Source: Robiginitomaculum sp.
GTDB taxonomy: Bacteria > Pseudomonadota > Alphaproteobacteria > Caulobacterales > Maricaulaceae
Direction: 5' to 3'
Length of the DNA stretch: 64,000 nt
Assembly (NCBI GenBank): GCA_002733495.1
Contig: NVVV01000004.1
Location: forward strand, 32,806 to 96,805
Shown here one piece after another: positions 54,552-62,933 of the stretch; position 1 is the stretch's first letter; every line of letters begins with the position of its first letter. A model generated the notes under the pieces. It saw nothing but the letters and a program-made list of their open reading frames with translations, did no database searches and had not been told where the DNA came from. The translations under genes and the position numbers were made by a program.

Positions 54552-55411
54552 AGCGCGGCATCGGCCAGATGCGCCAGCGCCTCGTCATGCACGCGGGCAT
54601 CGCCACTGGCCAGCACCTGGCCGCCTTGCCAGGCGGTGCCGCCAGACCAGTTGGTGACCGTGCCGCCAGCCCCCTCGACAATGGGGATCAGCGCCGCAAT
54701 GTCGTAATCCTGAAGGCCGGATTCAATCACCAGATCAACGCCGCCACGCGCCAATGCTGCATAGGCGTAACAGTCCAGGCCGTAACGCTGCAAACGTGTG
54801 GTCTCACGTAAAACTTCAAACGCTGGGCGCTCTTTTTTTGTAAACAGGGTGGGATCGGTGGTGCACAAGGTTGCCGCGTGCAGACCTTCGCAAGAGCGGG
54901 TTTTTAGCTGTCTTTGTTGCTGACCGTGTTTATACAGCCAGGCCTTATCGCCCAGACCAAAAAACCGCTCGCCCGTTACTGGCTGATCCATCAGGCCTAA
55001 TACGGGCCGCCCGTTTCGGGTGAGGGCAATCAGTGTCCCCCAGACCGGCAAGGCGCTGATAAAAGCGCGAGTGCCATCAATGGGGTCCAGCACCCAGCTA
55101 AAATCACTAATGGTGTCTTTAACGCCATATTCCTCGCCGCGAATGCCATGATCCGGGTAATGGTGGTCCAGCAAATCCCGAATAGCGCGCTCAGCGCCCC
55201 GGTCCGCAATGGTTACCGGGTCATACCCGCTAGGGTGATCCGGCTTGACCTCAACCCCGATAGGGGTGTCAAAATGCGCCAAGGTTACTTTGGCGGCGGC
55301 ATCGGCCAGGACAAAGGAAAAGCGGCCAAATTTGGCGCGCTCTTCCTCGCCAAGACGGCGTGGCAGGCTTGACAACTGATCCTGGGGCTTTGGTGTTTTG
55401 GACATGCGCAT
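54548..55411 (-). CDS. inositol monophosphatase family protein (possibly histidinol-phosphatase HisN)
   Basis: Contains the IMPase motifs ..DPVT.AD...E..I.......P.H...GEE and WVLDPIDGT..F, plus the C-terminal ..WD.AA...I.EGAGG. Confidence 0.75.
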   Translation of the reverse strand: MRMSKTPKPQDQLSSLPRRLGEEERAKFGRFSFVLADAAAKVTLAHFDTPIGVEVKPDHPSGYDPVTIADRGAERAIRDLLDHHYPDHGIRGEEYGVKDTISDFSWVLDPIDGTRAFISALPVWGTLIALTRNGRPVLGLMDQPVTGERFFGLGDKAWLYKHGQQQRQLKTRSCEGLHAATLCTTDPTLFTKKERPAFEVLRETTRLQRYGLDCYAYAALARGGVDLVIESGLQDYDIAALIPIVEGAGGTVTNWSGGTAWQGGQVLASGDARVHDEALAHLADAAL

Positions 55412-55461
55412 TTGTATCGCTGCATGAACCCCAAGGCTAGATCACGAACTCATAAACAGGC

Positions 55462-55839
55462 TCAGGCGGCAGGCGCTGTTCCGCTCATGGCTTTGGCCAG
55501 TTCCAGCAGGCGTCGCCGCGTACTTTCATCGAGCGTGTAATAAGCCCGAACCAGTTCCATGGTTTCGTTTTGCGTCAGAATATCGGCTGGCAAGGCATGA
55601 GAATCATTGGCCGCTTCCTCATTGCTTAACCCGTCATAGAAGTATTGCACCGGGACGTGCAAGGCTTCGGAAAGGTCAAACAGGCGGCTGGCGCTGATCC
55701 GGTTCGCCGCACATTCATATTTTTGAATTTGCTGAAAGCGGATACCGACCTGTTCCCCCAGGCCCTGTTGAGTCATGCCCAAAAGGCGACGACGACGGCG
55801 CAGACGACGCCCCACATGAATATCAATAGAATTGACCAT
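55462..55839 (-). CDS. XRE family helix-turn-helix transcriptional regulator
   Basis: DIHVGRRLRRRRRLLGMTQQGLGEQVGIRFQQIQKYECAANRISASRLFDLSEAL is a Cro/C1-type HTH. Confidence 0.85.
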   Translation of the reverse strand: MVNSIDIHVGRRLRRRRRLLGMTQQGLGEQVGIRFQQIQKYECAANRISASRLFDLSEALHVPVQYFYDGLSNEEAANDSHALPADILTQNETMELVRAYYTLDESTRRRLLELAKAMSGTAPAA

Positions 55840-55917
55840 AACGCACTCTCATTCTTTTTACCTGACACGGTGTGTTGTGCCTGACAAAATGAATGCAAAA
55901 GTGGTGCCGAAATATGT

Positions 55918-57738
55918 TTATTTATTAAGCTTTTGTTTTTGCTTGCGTTTTATGGGGTCAAGGTCCACTTTTCGTACACGGACGACGCTTGGGGTTACTT
56001 CAACTTGCTCGTCATCGGCGATCCAGGCGATGGCCTGTTCCAAAGTGAGACGCCTTGGTGTGATCAATGTCACCGCATCATCCTTGCCTGAGGCGCGCAT
56101 ATTGGTCAGTTTTTTTCCCTTGATCGGGTTGACCATCAAATCATCGCCCCGGGTGCATTCGCCAATAACCATGCCGTTATAGACCTGTTCGCCCGCACCA
56201 ATGAACAAGGTGCCGCGTGGTTCAATATTCATCAGCGCAAAGGCCGAGGCCTTGCCATCAGCCATTGAGATCAGCGCGCCTCTGGCCCGATCCTCGATCA
56301 CACCGCGCCATGGTCCCCAATGCGAGAACACACGGTTTAACACGCCCTTGCCCCGGGTTTCGGTTAAAAACCTGCCGCCATAACCAATCAGCGAGCGCGA
56401 CGGCGCATCAAACACCAGCCGCGTATGACCGGCCCCGGCTGGCCCCATGTTTTTCAGCTCGGCTTTGCGCTGCGTCAGGCTTTCAATCACCGTGCCCGAA
56501 TGGGCATCATCCACATCACAGACCACTTCTTCATAAGGCTCAAGGCGTTCACCCGTGGCCTCATCGGTGCGGATCAGCACCCGTGGACGCGAGACAGACA
56601 GCTCAAAACCTTCGCGACGCAGGGTTTCAATCAACACCCCCAATTGCAACTCGCCGCGCCCGGCCAGTTCCAGCGCGTCGGCCCCGGTGGAGGCATCCCG
56701 CACTTCGATGGCCACATTGGAGCGCGCTTCGCGCATCAGACGGTCCCGAATAATGCGCGATTGCACCTTGTCGCCATCACGACCACCCAATGGGGAATCG
56801 TTGATGGAGATGGTCACCGCCATGGTGGGCGGATCAATCGGGTTGGCGGTAATGGGTTCTTTTACTTCTGGCGCGGCCAGGGTATCGGCCACATTGGCGG
56901 TACTAAAACCGGCAATGGCCACAACATCACCGGCATGAACCTCTTCGGCGGGCACGCGGCTCATGCCCTCCATGATAAATAGCTTGGAAAGGCGTGCGCG
57001 CTCAATAGGCTCGCCGGTGCGGGCCAATGCCTGCACCATATCACCAGTGCGGATGGTTCCGCTCTCGATACGTCCGGTCAGCACCCGGCCCACATAGGGG
57101 TCGGCATCCAGCATGGTGACCAGCATGGTAAAAGGTTCGCCCTTGCGCTTGGCGGCCTCAGGGGCCGGGGTGAAGTCCACAATGGTTTCAAAAAGCGGGT
57201 CCAGGTTTTCACCGACCACGCCTTCTTCCTTGCTGGCCCAGCCATCACGACCGGCGGCGTAAACAAAGGGAAAGTCCAGTTGCTCGTCAGACGCGCCCAG
57301 ATCAGAGAAAAGGTCAAAGACGGCGTTCAGTGCTTTTTCCGGGTCTGCGCCGGTGCGGTCCACCTTGTTCAAAACCACCATGGGTTTGAGGCCTAGGCCC
57401 AAAGCCTTTGACAGCACAAAGCGGGTTTGCGGCATTGGGCCTTCAGCGGCATCAATCAGCAAGACCGCGCCATCAACCATAGAGAGGATGCGTTCCACCT
57501 CGCCGCCAAAGTCTGCATGACCCGGGGTGTCGATAATATTAATGCGCGTACCCTGCCAGGTGACACTGGCGCATTTGGCCATAATGGTAATGCCGCGCTC
57601 CTGCTCCTGGTCGATATTGTCCATCGCCCGCTCAGGGCGATTCTCATGGGCGGCAAACACGCCGGTTTGAATCAGCATCTGGTCAACCAGTGTTGTCTTC
57701 CCATGGTCAACGTGGGCGATGATGGCAATATTACGCAT
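55918..57738 (-). CDS. typA: translational GTPase TypA/BipA
   Basis: Contains [33 protein letters not shown] and NKVDR. 606 aa. Confidence 0.95.
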   Translation of the reverse strand: MRNIAIIAHVDHGKTTLVDQMLIQTGVFAAHENRPERAMDNIDQEQERGITIMAKCASVTWQGTRINIIDTPGHADFGGEVERILSMVDGAVLLIDAAEGPMPQTRFVLSKALGLGLKPMVVLNKVDRTGADPEKALNAVFDLFSDLGASDEQLDFPFVYAAGRDGWASKEEGVVGENLDPLFETIVDFTPAPEAAKRKGEPFTMLVTMLDADPYVGRVLTGRIESGTIRTGDMVQALARTGEPIERARLSKLFIMEGMSRVPAEEVHAGDVVAIAGFSTANVADTLAAPEVKEPITANPIDPPTMAVTISINDSPLGGRDGDKVQSRIIRDRLMREARSNVAIEVRDASTGADALELAGRGELQLGVLIETLRREGFELSVSRPRVLIRTDEATGERLEPYEEVVCDVDDAHSGTVIESLTQRKAELKNMGPAGAGHTRLVFDAPSRSLIGYGGRFLTETRGKGVLNRVFSHWGPWRGVIEDRARGALISMADGKASAFALMNIEPRGTLFIGAGEQVYNGMVIGECTRGDDLMVNPIKGKKLTNMRASGKDDAVTLITPRRLTLEQAIAWIADDEQVEVTPSVVRVRKVDLDPIKRKQKQKLNK

Positions 57739-57867
57739 TGGAATTGGTCTCTTTGATCGTCAGCCGGAAACGGCAAAAGCGTCAGCTAGAGCAATCAAGG
57801 CCTAAAAGATAGCCATAGTCTGACTTTTGTGCGCCGCACCCTTGATTTTTGTGCACTGCAATATATT

Positions 57868-57957
57868 GTTCAGATGTAGCGGCGTCACACGCCGTCACCC
57901 TTTTGGGTGTTTCCTCCCTACATCACTTTAGCCGCGCCTTTTTGGCGCGGTTTTTTT
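57868..57957 (+). ncRNA. candidate small RNA (two short hairpins, single-stranded CCUCCC motif, intrinsic terminator)
   Basis: Hairpins CGGCGT-cac-ACGCCG (57879-94) and CACCC-tttt-GGGTG (57896-909), then UUUCCUCCCUACA, then CCGCGCC-ttttt-GGCGCGG followed by T7 (57932-57957). The U-tract exists only on the + strand, yet no + strand gene lies upstream. The 5' end is a guess, based on a weak TTGATT..TATATT at 57842-67. Confidence 0.35.
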
Positions 57958-58852
57958 ATGAGCCAGTGAAGGCACATATGTCTTGGCTCAACACATCCAT
58001 ATTCCGTTGCAGACGGGTAAAGCCATTATGCTTTTGCTGCGTACTTTCATCCATATAGAGCGCCCGGTTAATCTCGATCTGTATGGCTTCAAAACGCAAG
58101 GATGGCTGCCCATAACGCAAGGTCGTATACCCGCCAGCATAGGGGGTGTTGCGTAAAACACGATAGCCCATGGCGCGCAAGACGGCCTCCATATGGGCGA
58201 TCAGGGCCTCATCACAGGTCTGGCCATGGCCATCCCCCAATATAAAATCTGCTATCCCGCCGGGGCCGTTTGCGGCGCAAGCAGAGGGCATGGAATGGCA
58301 ATCGACCAGCAAGGCAGAGCCATGGGTCTCATTTTGCTGTTTCAGCATCTCGCCTAACGCCTGATGATAGGGACCATGCAAATGATGCAGGCGGGCGATG
58401 GCCTCGCTAAAGGGCAGTTTGTGATCATAAATGGCCGTATTGGCCGCCACGATACGCGGAATGACGCCAAGGCCAGCGGACAGGCGGGCGCTGTGCTTTA
58501 CCGGCTGGCCGGGTGCAAAACCTTCAAACATGGCCGGGTCCAGTTCCGCCGGGTCGCGATTAGCATCCACCATGGCGCGGGGAAAATGCGCAATCAGGGT
58601 CGAGGCCCCATAATGGCTGGCACTGGCAAACAGCTCGTCCACCCAGGCATCTTCCGAGGCGCGCAGGGTGTAGGCATCCAGCGCGCTTTGTTCGCAAAAG
58701 GCCGCCGGGTAACAGCGCCCGGAATGCGGGGCGGCAAACAGTACCGGCACATCAGGCTTTGGTGTATGCGCGCTGAAGGCGACTTTCAGCTCCGGCCACA
58801 GGTTATGCCGGGACGGCTTGGTAACAGCGTCGAGCGTATTCCAGACATTCAT
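57956..58852 (-). CDS. N-formylglutamate amidohydrolase family protein
   Basis: Contains ..PVLFAAPHSGR.YP......, ..R..VD.NR and ..L.D.HSMPS. The start was chosen at MNVWNTLD (ATG 58852). Confidence 0.7.
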   Translation of the reverse strand: MNVWNTLDAVTKPSRHNLWPELKVAFSAHTPKPDVPVLFAAPHSGRCYPAAFCEQSALDAYTLRASEDAWVDELFASASHYGASTLIAHFPRAMVDANRDPAELDPAMFEGFAPGQPVKHSARLSAGLGVIPRIVAANTAIYDHKLPFSEAIARLHHLHGPYHQALGEMLKQQNETHGSALLVDCHSMPSACAANGPGGIADFILGDGHGQTCDEALIAHMEAVLRAMGYRVLRNTPYAGGYTTLRYGQPSLRFEAIQIEINRALYMDESTQQKHNGFTRLQRNMDVLSQDICAFTGS

Positions 58853-59003
58853 AACATGGTTTTTGCGTAGACACCGCCTGCCGTCAAGGGTGCGGTAAAG
58901 CCTCATCCCTTCACCACCCCTTTACTCTCTTGGGGTATTGTTTTCATCAGCATTCATAAAATCGCCCCAAAAGAGGGTGTATACGGGTATCAGGAGTTGG
59001 GAC

Positions 59004-59369
59004 ATGGCACGGATATTACTGGCAGAAGATGATGATTCAATGAGAGGCTTTCTGGCGGGGGCGCTGGAACGGGCCGGTCATGAAGTGGTCTCTTGTGCCG
59101 ATGGCGATGAAGGGCTGGACGCTTTGCGCGAAGGCCCCACAGATTTTGATCTGTTGCTGACCGATATTGTCATGCCAGGTGTTGATGGCATTGAACTGGC
59201 CCGCAAAGCCGCCGAGAAAGACAAATCCTTAAAGATCATGTTCATTACCGGCTTTGCTGCTGTGGCGCTGAACCCGGGCCATCAGGCGCCCAAGGATGCC
59301 AAGGTTCTCTCCAAGCCGTTTCACCTGCGTGAGCTGGTGGCCGAAGTTGAGCGGGTGATGGCAGCCTAG
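59004..59369 (+). CDS. cpdR: single-domain response regulator CpdR
   Basis: MARILLAEDDD.MR.FL..AL..AGH.V....DG...L.......FDLLLTDIVMPG.DGIELAR.A........I.FITGFAAVAL...........LSKPFHLR.LV. The RBS AGGAG lies upstream. 121 aa. Confidence 0.8.
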   Translation: MARILLAEDDDSMRGFLAGALERAGHEVVSCADGDEGLDALREGPTDFDLLLTDIVMPGVDGIELARKAAEKDKSLKIMFITGFAAVALNPGHQAPKDAKVLSKPFHLRELVAEVERVMAA

Positions 59370-59479
59370 TTTTGTCTGTCTATTACGGGCGCACTGACGC
59401 CGCCTCTTGCAAGCGGTGCGACCCTTGGCTATAGACGCCATTCTTATCACAAGGCCAAGATAGTTTTTGGCTTGTTTTA

Positions 59480-59554
59480 GGGCGATTAGCTCAGCGGGAG
59501 AGCACTACATTGACATTGTAGGGGTCACTGGTTCAATCCCAGTATCGCCCACCA
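59480..59554 (+). tRNA. tRNA-Val (anticodon GAC)
   Basis: Cloverleaf: acceptor GGGCGAT/ATCGCCC, D arm GCTC-AGCGGGA-GAGC, anticodon arm CTACA-TTGACAT-TGTAG, T arm ACTGG-TTCAATC-CCAGT, discriminator A, and an encoded CCA. Confidence 0.9.
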
Positions 59555-59694
59555 TTTTCTTTTTTGTGTGCTATCGCGACGGCAAGCCTCGCTATTTGAG
59601 GACGTTTTCTCCTGTCCTATCGCGATGCTGACGCCCGCCGATCTTCACTCAAATTGACCTATATTAAAGCCTATTGAGAAGGCGTGCACATCTC

Positions 59695-59795
59695 TTATTT
59701 ATCCCCGTTTTATAGGGGTAAAAGAGGGTAAATAAGGGTCAATTAAGGGTAAAAAAAGTAAATTTTTATCCCTTTAAGGGGTAAAGTAAGGGCCA
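59695..59795. repeat. iteron-like array of (A/G)GGGTAAA motifs, four of them in tandem at 10-11 bp spacing, flanked by inverted copies
   Basis: GGGGTAAAA (59715), AGGGTAAAT (59725), AGGGTCAAT (59735), AGGGTAAAA (59746) and GGGGTAAAG (59778). Inverted copies are TTTATCCCC (59698-706) and TTATCCCTT (59766-74). Confidence 0.55.
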
Positions 59796-59812
59796 AAAAA
59801 GAAAAAGCAGGC

Positions 59813-60241
59813 TTAGCGCCCGATACGCACCTGACCCAGACGGTAGTCAATAAACACCAGGCAATTTTTCAGACCCGTCCCGCCAACCGGCGCGAATTGC
59901 CATTTCTCAATCGCTTTGATGGCCGAGCCATCAAAAACCCCGCCGGGCGCGGAACGCTTGATGGATACTGCATCGGTCTGGCCATCGGGCCGGACATCCA
60001 GCTTGGCCACCACCCAGCCCTGACGGCCCTGGCGTTTGGCAAAGCGGGGGTATTTAGGCACGATCAATGTGCGTGCCGCCAGCGCCTCGCCGCCCTGACA
60101 GGCGCCGGGTTCGCTCAGGCGCTTGATGCTGGGGGGCATGGGGTAGGCATTACTCAGGCGAAACGGTTTTTTAGAGGCGCAGCCGACAAACACGAACAGA
60201 GCCACCAGCACCAGTGCAGACCATTTTTGGGCCATACTCAC
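59813..60241 (-). CDS. TonB C-terminal-domain lipoprotein
   Basis: A lipobox (VFVGC) is followed by ..P.YP..A...G..GWV....V...G......I..S.P...FD..A..A...W.F.P, a TonB_C fold signature. Confidence 0.65.
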   Translation of the reverse strand: MSMAQKWSALVLVALFVFVGCASKKPFRLSNAYPMPPSIKRLSEPGACQGGEALAARTLIVPKYPRFAKRQGRQGWVVAKLDVRPDGQTDAVSIKRSAPGGVFDGSAIKAIEKWQFAPVGGTGLKNCLVFIDYRLGQVRIGR

Positions 60242-60558
60242 CCTTGGGAGCGGGGCATGCGCAAGATAATGCCGTCCATCTCTTTGCTCAAGGTGATCTG
60301 GCAGGACAGGCGCGATTCAGGCTTTTGTTCAGAGGCAAAATCCAGCATGCTTTCTTCCATGCTTTCAGCTGTGCCGGTCAAGGCTGCAAATTTTGGATCA
60401 ACATAAACATGACAGGTTGCACAGGCACAGGCCCCGCCGCAATCGGCATCAATGCCGGGCACCATATTGTTCACCGCCGCTTCCATCAAAGTGACGCCGG
60501 GCTCGGCCTCAATGGTGTGTTCGGTGTTGTCATGCTCAATATATGTAATCTTTACCAT
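60238..60558 (-). CDS. 2Fe-2S ferredoxin (adrenodoxin/putidaredoxin type)
   Basis: Cluster ligands are in [12 protein letters not shown] ... and a distal Cys (SRLSCQI). 106 aa. It has a 4-nt overlap with the downstream gene. Confidence 0.88.
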   Translation of the reverse strand: MVKITYIEHDNTEHTIEAEPGVTLMEAAVNNMVPGIDADCGGACACATCHVYVDPKFAALTGTAESMEESMLDFASEQKPESRLSCQITLSKEMDGIILRMPRSQG

Positions 60559-60671
60559 TGTTCTTCCATCTCACATTATTAGGGTCATTTAAAGTGCTGG
60601 CGCGCAAGATCAAGCCCCCTGGCCGCAATGGGTACATTGTCAGGCTTTCGCCAAGGCTTTAAGACCCTTGC

Positions 60672-61136
60672 ATGACGCCCTTTCCCCGCCAGCATATTTT
60701 GCCCGATGAGGCCGGGACCATGCGTCTTGGTGCCGCTTTGGCAAAGGGGGCGCGCGGCGGTGATGTGCTCTGTCTTTATGGCGATCTGGGGGCTGGAAAA
60801 AGCGTTCTGGCGCGCGCCTACATCCGGGCGCTGTGCGGTGCAGACACCGAAGTGCCCAGCCCCACCTTCACCTTGATGCAATATTATGAAGCCCCGAAAT
60901 TTGACATTATCCATGCTGATCTATACCGGCTTGAAACTTTGGAAGAGATAATAGAGATTGGCCTTGAAGAGCGCTTTGATGACGCGCTCACTTTGATAGA
61001 ATGGCCGCAAAGACTGGGCGCACTCTTGCCCGCAGCACGATTGGATATTTCCCTGACAATTGATAATGATGGTAGCCGTTTGGTAAGGCTTGTCCCCCAT
61101 GGTCAGTCCTGGGAGGGCCGCTGTGAACACCAATAA
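60672..61136 (+). CDS. tsaE: tRNA t6A37 biosynthesis ATPase TsaE
   Basis: Contains the P-loop LYGDLGAGKS, plus SPTFTL...Y and HADLYRL. Confidence 0.85.
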   Translation: MTPFPRQHILPDEAGTMRLGAALAKGARGGDVLCLYGDLGAGKSVLARAYIRALCGADTEVPSPTFTLMQYYEAPKFDIIHADLYRLETLEEIIEIGLEERFDDALTLIEWPQRLGALLPAARLDISLTIDNDGSRLVRLVPHGQSWEGRCEHQ

Positions 61137-62208
61137 CCGCAATGCCGAAATTGAGAGTTTTCTGCAACGCGCCGGCTGGGGCGAGGCAAAGCGTCAGGCG
61201 CTGGTGGCCGATGCCTCTTCGCGCCGTTATGAGCGCCTTTTTGGTGCCGATGGCCCGGCTATATTGATGGATGCTCCGGCGGGCAGTGAAGGTTCTTATT
61301 GTCCACCAGACGCTAGCGAAGAAAAGCGCGCTGGTCTTGGTTATAACGCTCAGGCGCGCCTCGCCGGGTCTGATACAGGGGCTTATGCCGCCTTGGCCAG
61401 CGAGCTGGTGGCGCGGGGTTTTTCTGCGCCAAAGATTATGGCGGCAGATCATGAGCGCAATTTATTATTGCTGGAAGATCTGGGCGATGATCTTTTTGCC
61501 CGTATCAAAGTTGACAAGGCCGAACTTTATGGCGCGGCGGTAGATGCGCTGGCGGCGCTCAGCCGCTCCAGCTTTGAAGCCAAAATGCCTTTTGGCGGTG
61601 ATGACTGGACCCTGCTTGATTATGACACTTGCGCGCTTCTGACCGAGGCCAGCCTGCTCCTTGACTGGTATGCGCCTTATCGCGGCTCGACATTGGACGC
61701 GGCGGCTCATGAAGAGGCTCTGGCGCTCTGGAAAGAGGCTTTTGCCCGCCTTGACGAATTGCCCCGGGTGCTCAGCCTGCGTGATGTGCATGCGGAAAAT
61801 CTTTTATGGCTTTCCAAACGCGAAGGCATTGCCCGGGTCGGCCTGATTGATTTTCAGGATGCGCTTTTTGGCTCGCCTGCCTATGATCTGGTGTCCTTAT
61901 TACAGGATTCGCGGCGCGATCTGCCGCCGGGTCTGGAAGCAGCAATGATCGCCCGCTTTTTGAACCATGCCAAAATCAGAAACACAGACGCCTTTATGAC
62001 CAGCTATGCGGTTTTGGGGGCCCAGCGCTCGGCCAAGGTGCTGGGCATTTTCATCCGTCTGGCCAAGCGCGATGGCAAGGAACGTTATTTGCAATTTTTG
62101 TCGATCACCGCGCGCAATCTGGCCCGCTGTCTTGCACACCCGTCGCTGACAGACCTGAACGCCTGGATGCACACCCATATTCCCACCATCTTTACGGAGC
62201 GCGACTAA
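61123..62208 (+). CDS. amgK: aminoglycoside-phosphotransferase-fold kinase, probable N-acetylmuramate/N-acetylglucosamine kinase AmgK
   Basis: Contains ..ADAS.RRYERL and the APH catalytic block LRDVHAENLLWL...........GLIDFQDA..G..AYDLVSLLQD. The likely GTG 61123 start overlaps the tsaE end. The tsaE-amgK-murU order is conserved. Confidence 0.7.
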   Translation: MNTNNRNAEIESFLQRAGWGEAKRQALVADASSRRYERLFGADGPAILMDAPAGSEGSYCPPDASEEKRAGLGYNAQARLAGSDTGAYAALASELVARGFSAPKIMAADHERNLLLLEDLGDDLFARIKVDKAELYGAAVDALAALSRSSFEAKMPFGGDDWTLLDYDTCALLTEASLLLDWYAPYRGSTLDAAAHEEALALWKEAFARLDELPRVLSLRDVHAENLLWLSKREGIARVGLIDFQDALFGSPAYDLVSLLQDSRRDLPPGLEAAMIARFLNHAKIRNTDAFMTSYAVLGAQRSAKVLGIFIRLAKRDGKERYLQFLSITARNLARCLAHPSLTDLNAWMHTHIPTIFTERD

Positions 62209-62933
62209 TGGCCTTGCCGGGTCGCGCCATAGTGCTGGCGGCGGGGCGGGGCACACGGATGTTGCCGCTGACCAAAACCTGTCCCAAGGCCCTGGTCAAT
62301 GTCGATGGGCGCACCTTGCTGGCGCACCAACTGGACCGGCTACGCGATGCCGGTGTCGGCAAAGCCATCGTCAATGTGCATCACTTTTCTGACCATGTGC
62401 GCGGGCAATTGGCGGCCCGAAAAGGCGCACCAGAAATTGAAATTTCCGATGAAAGCGATCAGTTACTGGAAACCGGCGGGGCTTTGGTGCGGGCGCGGCC
62501 CTTGCTGGGGGATGCGCCGTTTTTTGCCATGAATTGCGATGTGATCTGGGCGGGGGTGAAAACCGACCCGTTTGCCGCTTTGCAGGCCAAGTTTGATACG
62601 GTGAAAAAACCGGCGGCGGTACTTTTGCTGGCGCGCAAAACCCACGCGCTTGGCTTGAACACCAAAGGTGATTTTGACCTTGAACCCGATGGGCGTTTGC
62701 GCCGCCGTGGTCCGGATGAAGCGGTGCCTTATTATTATGCGGGGACGCAAATTTTGGACCCAGGCTTGCTGGATGGTGAAGCCGAGCGGCCTTTCTCTGC
62801 CAATTTGATCTGGGATAAGGCCCAGGTACAGGGCGCGCTTTATGGTGTGGTGTTGGACGGCTATTGGTTGCATGTGGGTGATCCAGCGGCTCTGGATGAT
62901 GCCGAGGCTTATCTGGCAAAAAGCGGCGCATGA
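62208..62933 (+). CDS. murU: nucleotidyltransferase, probable N-acetylmuramate-1-phosphate uridylyltransferase MurU
   Basis: Contains the G-rich loop A.VLAAGRGTRMLPLT...PK.L. 241 aa. It is start/stop coupled to both neighbours. Confidence 0.7.
   Translation: MALPGRAIVLAAGRGTRMLPLTKTCPKALVNVDGRTLLAHQLDRLRDAGVGKAIVNVHHFSDHVRGQLAARKGAPEIEISDESDQLLETGGALVRARPLLGDAPFFAMNCDVIWAGVKTDPFAALQAKFDTVKKPAAVLLLARKTHALGLNTKGDFDLEPDGRLRRRGPDEAVPYYYAGTQILDPGLLDGEAERPFSANLIWDKAQVQGALYGVVLDGYWLHVGDPAALDDAEAYLAKSGA

Noticed and set aside
57849-58058. A 69-aa plus-strand ORF in and beyond the typA spacer.
   Set aside because: It is Cys/Phe-rich with no RBS. It runs through the terminator hairpin and into the antisense of the amidohydrolase gene. 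I interpreted the region as a candidate sRNA plus terminator instead.
59695-59795. Considered whether the GGGTAAA array is a degenerate CRISPR or a promoter for the flanking genes.
   Set aside because: The repeat unit is about 10 bp with no spacers, so it is not a CRISPR. Both flanking genes point toward the region with their 3' ends, so it is not their promoter. I kept it as an unexplained iteron-like repeat instead.
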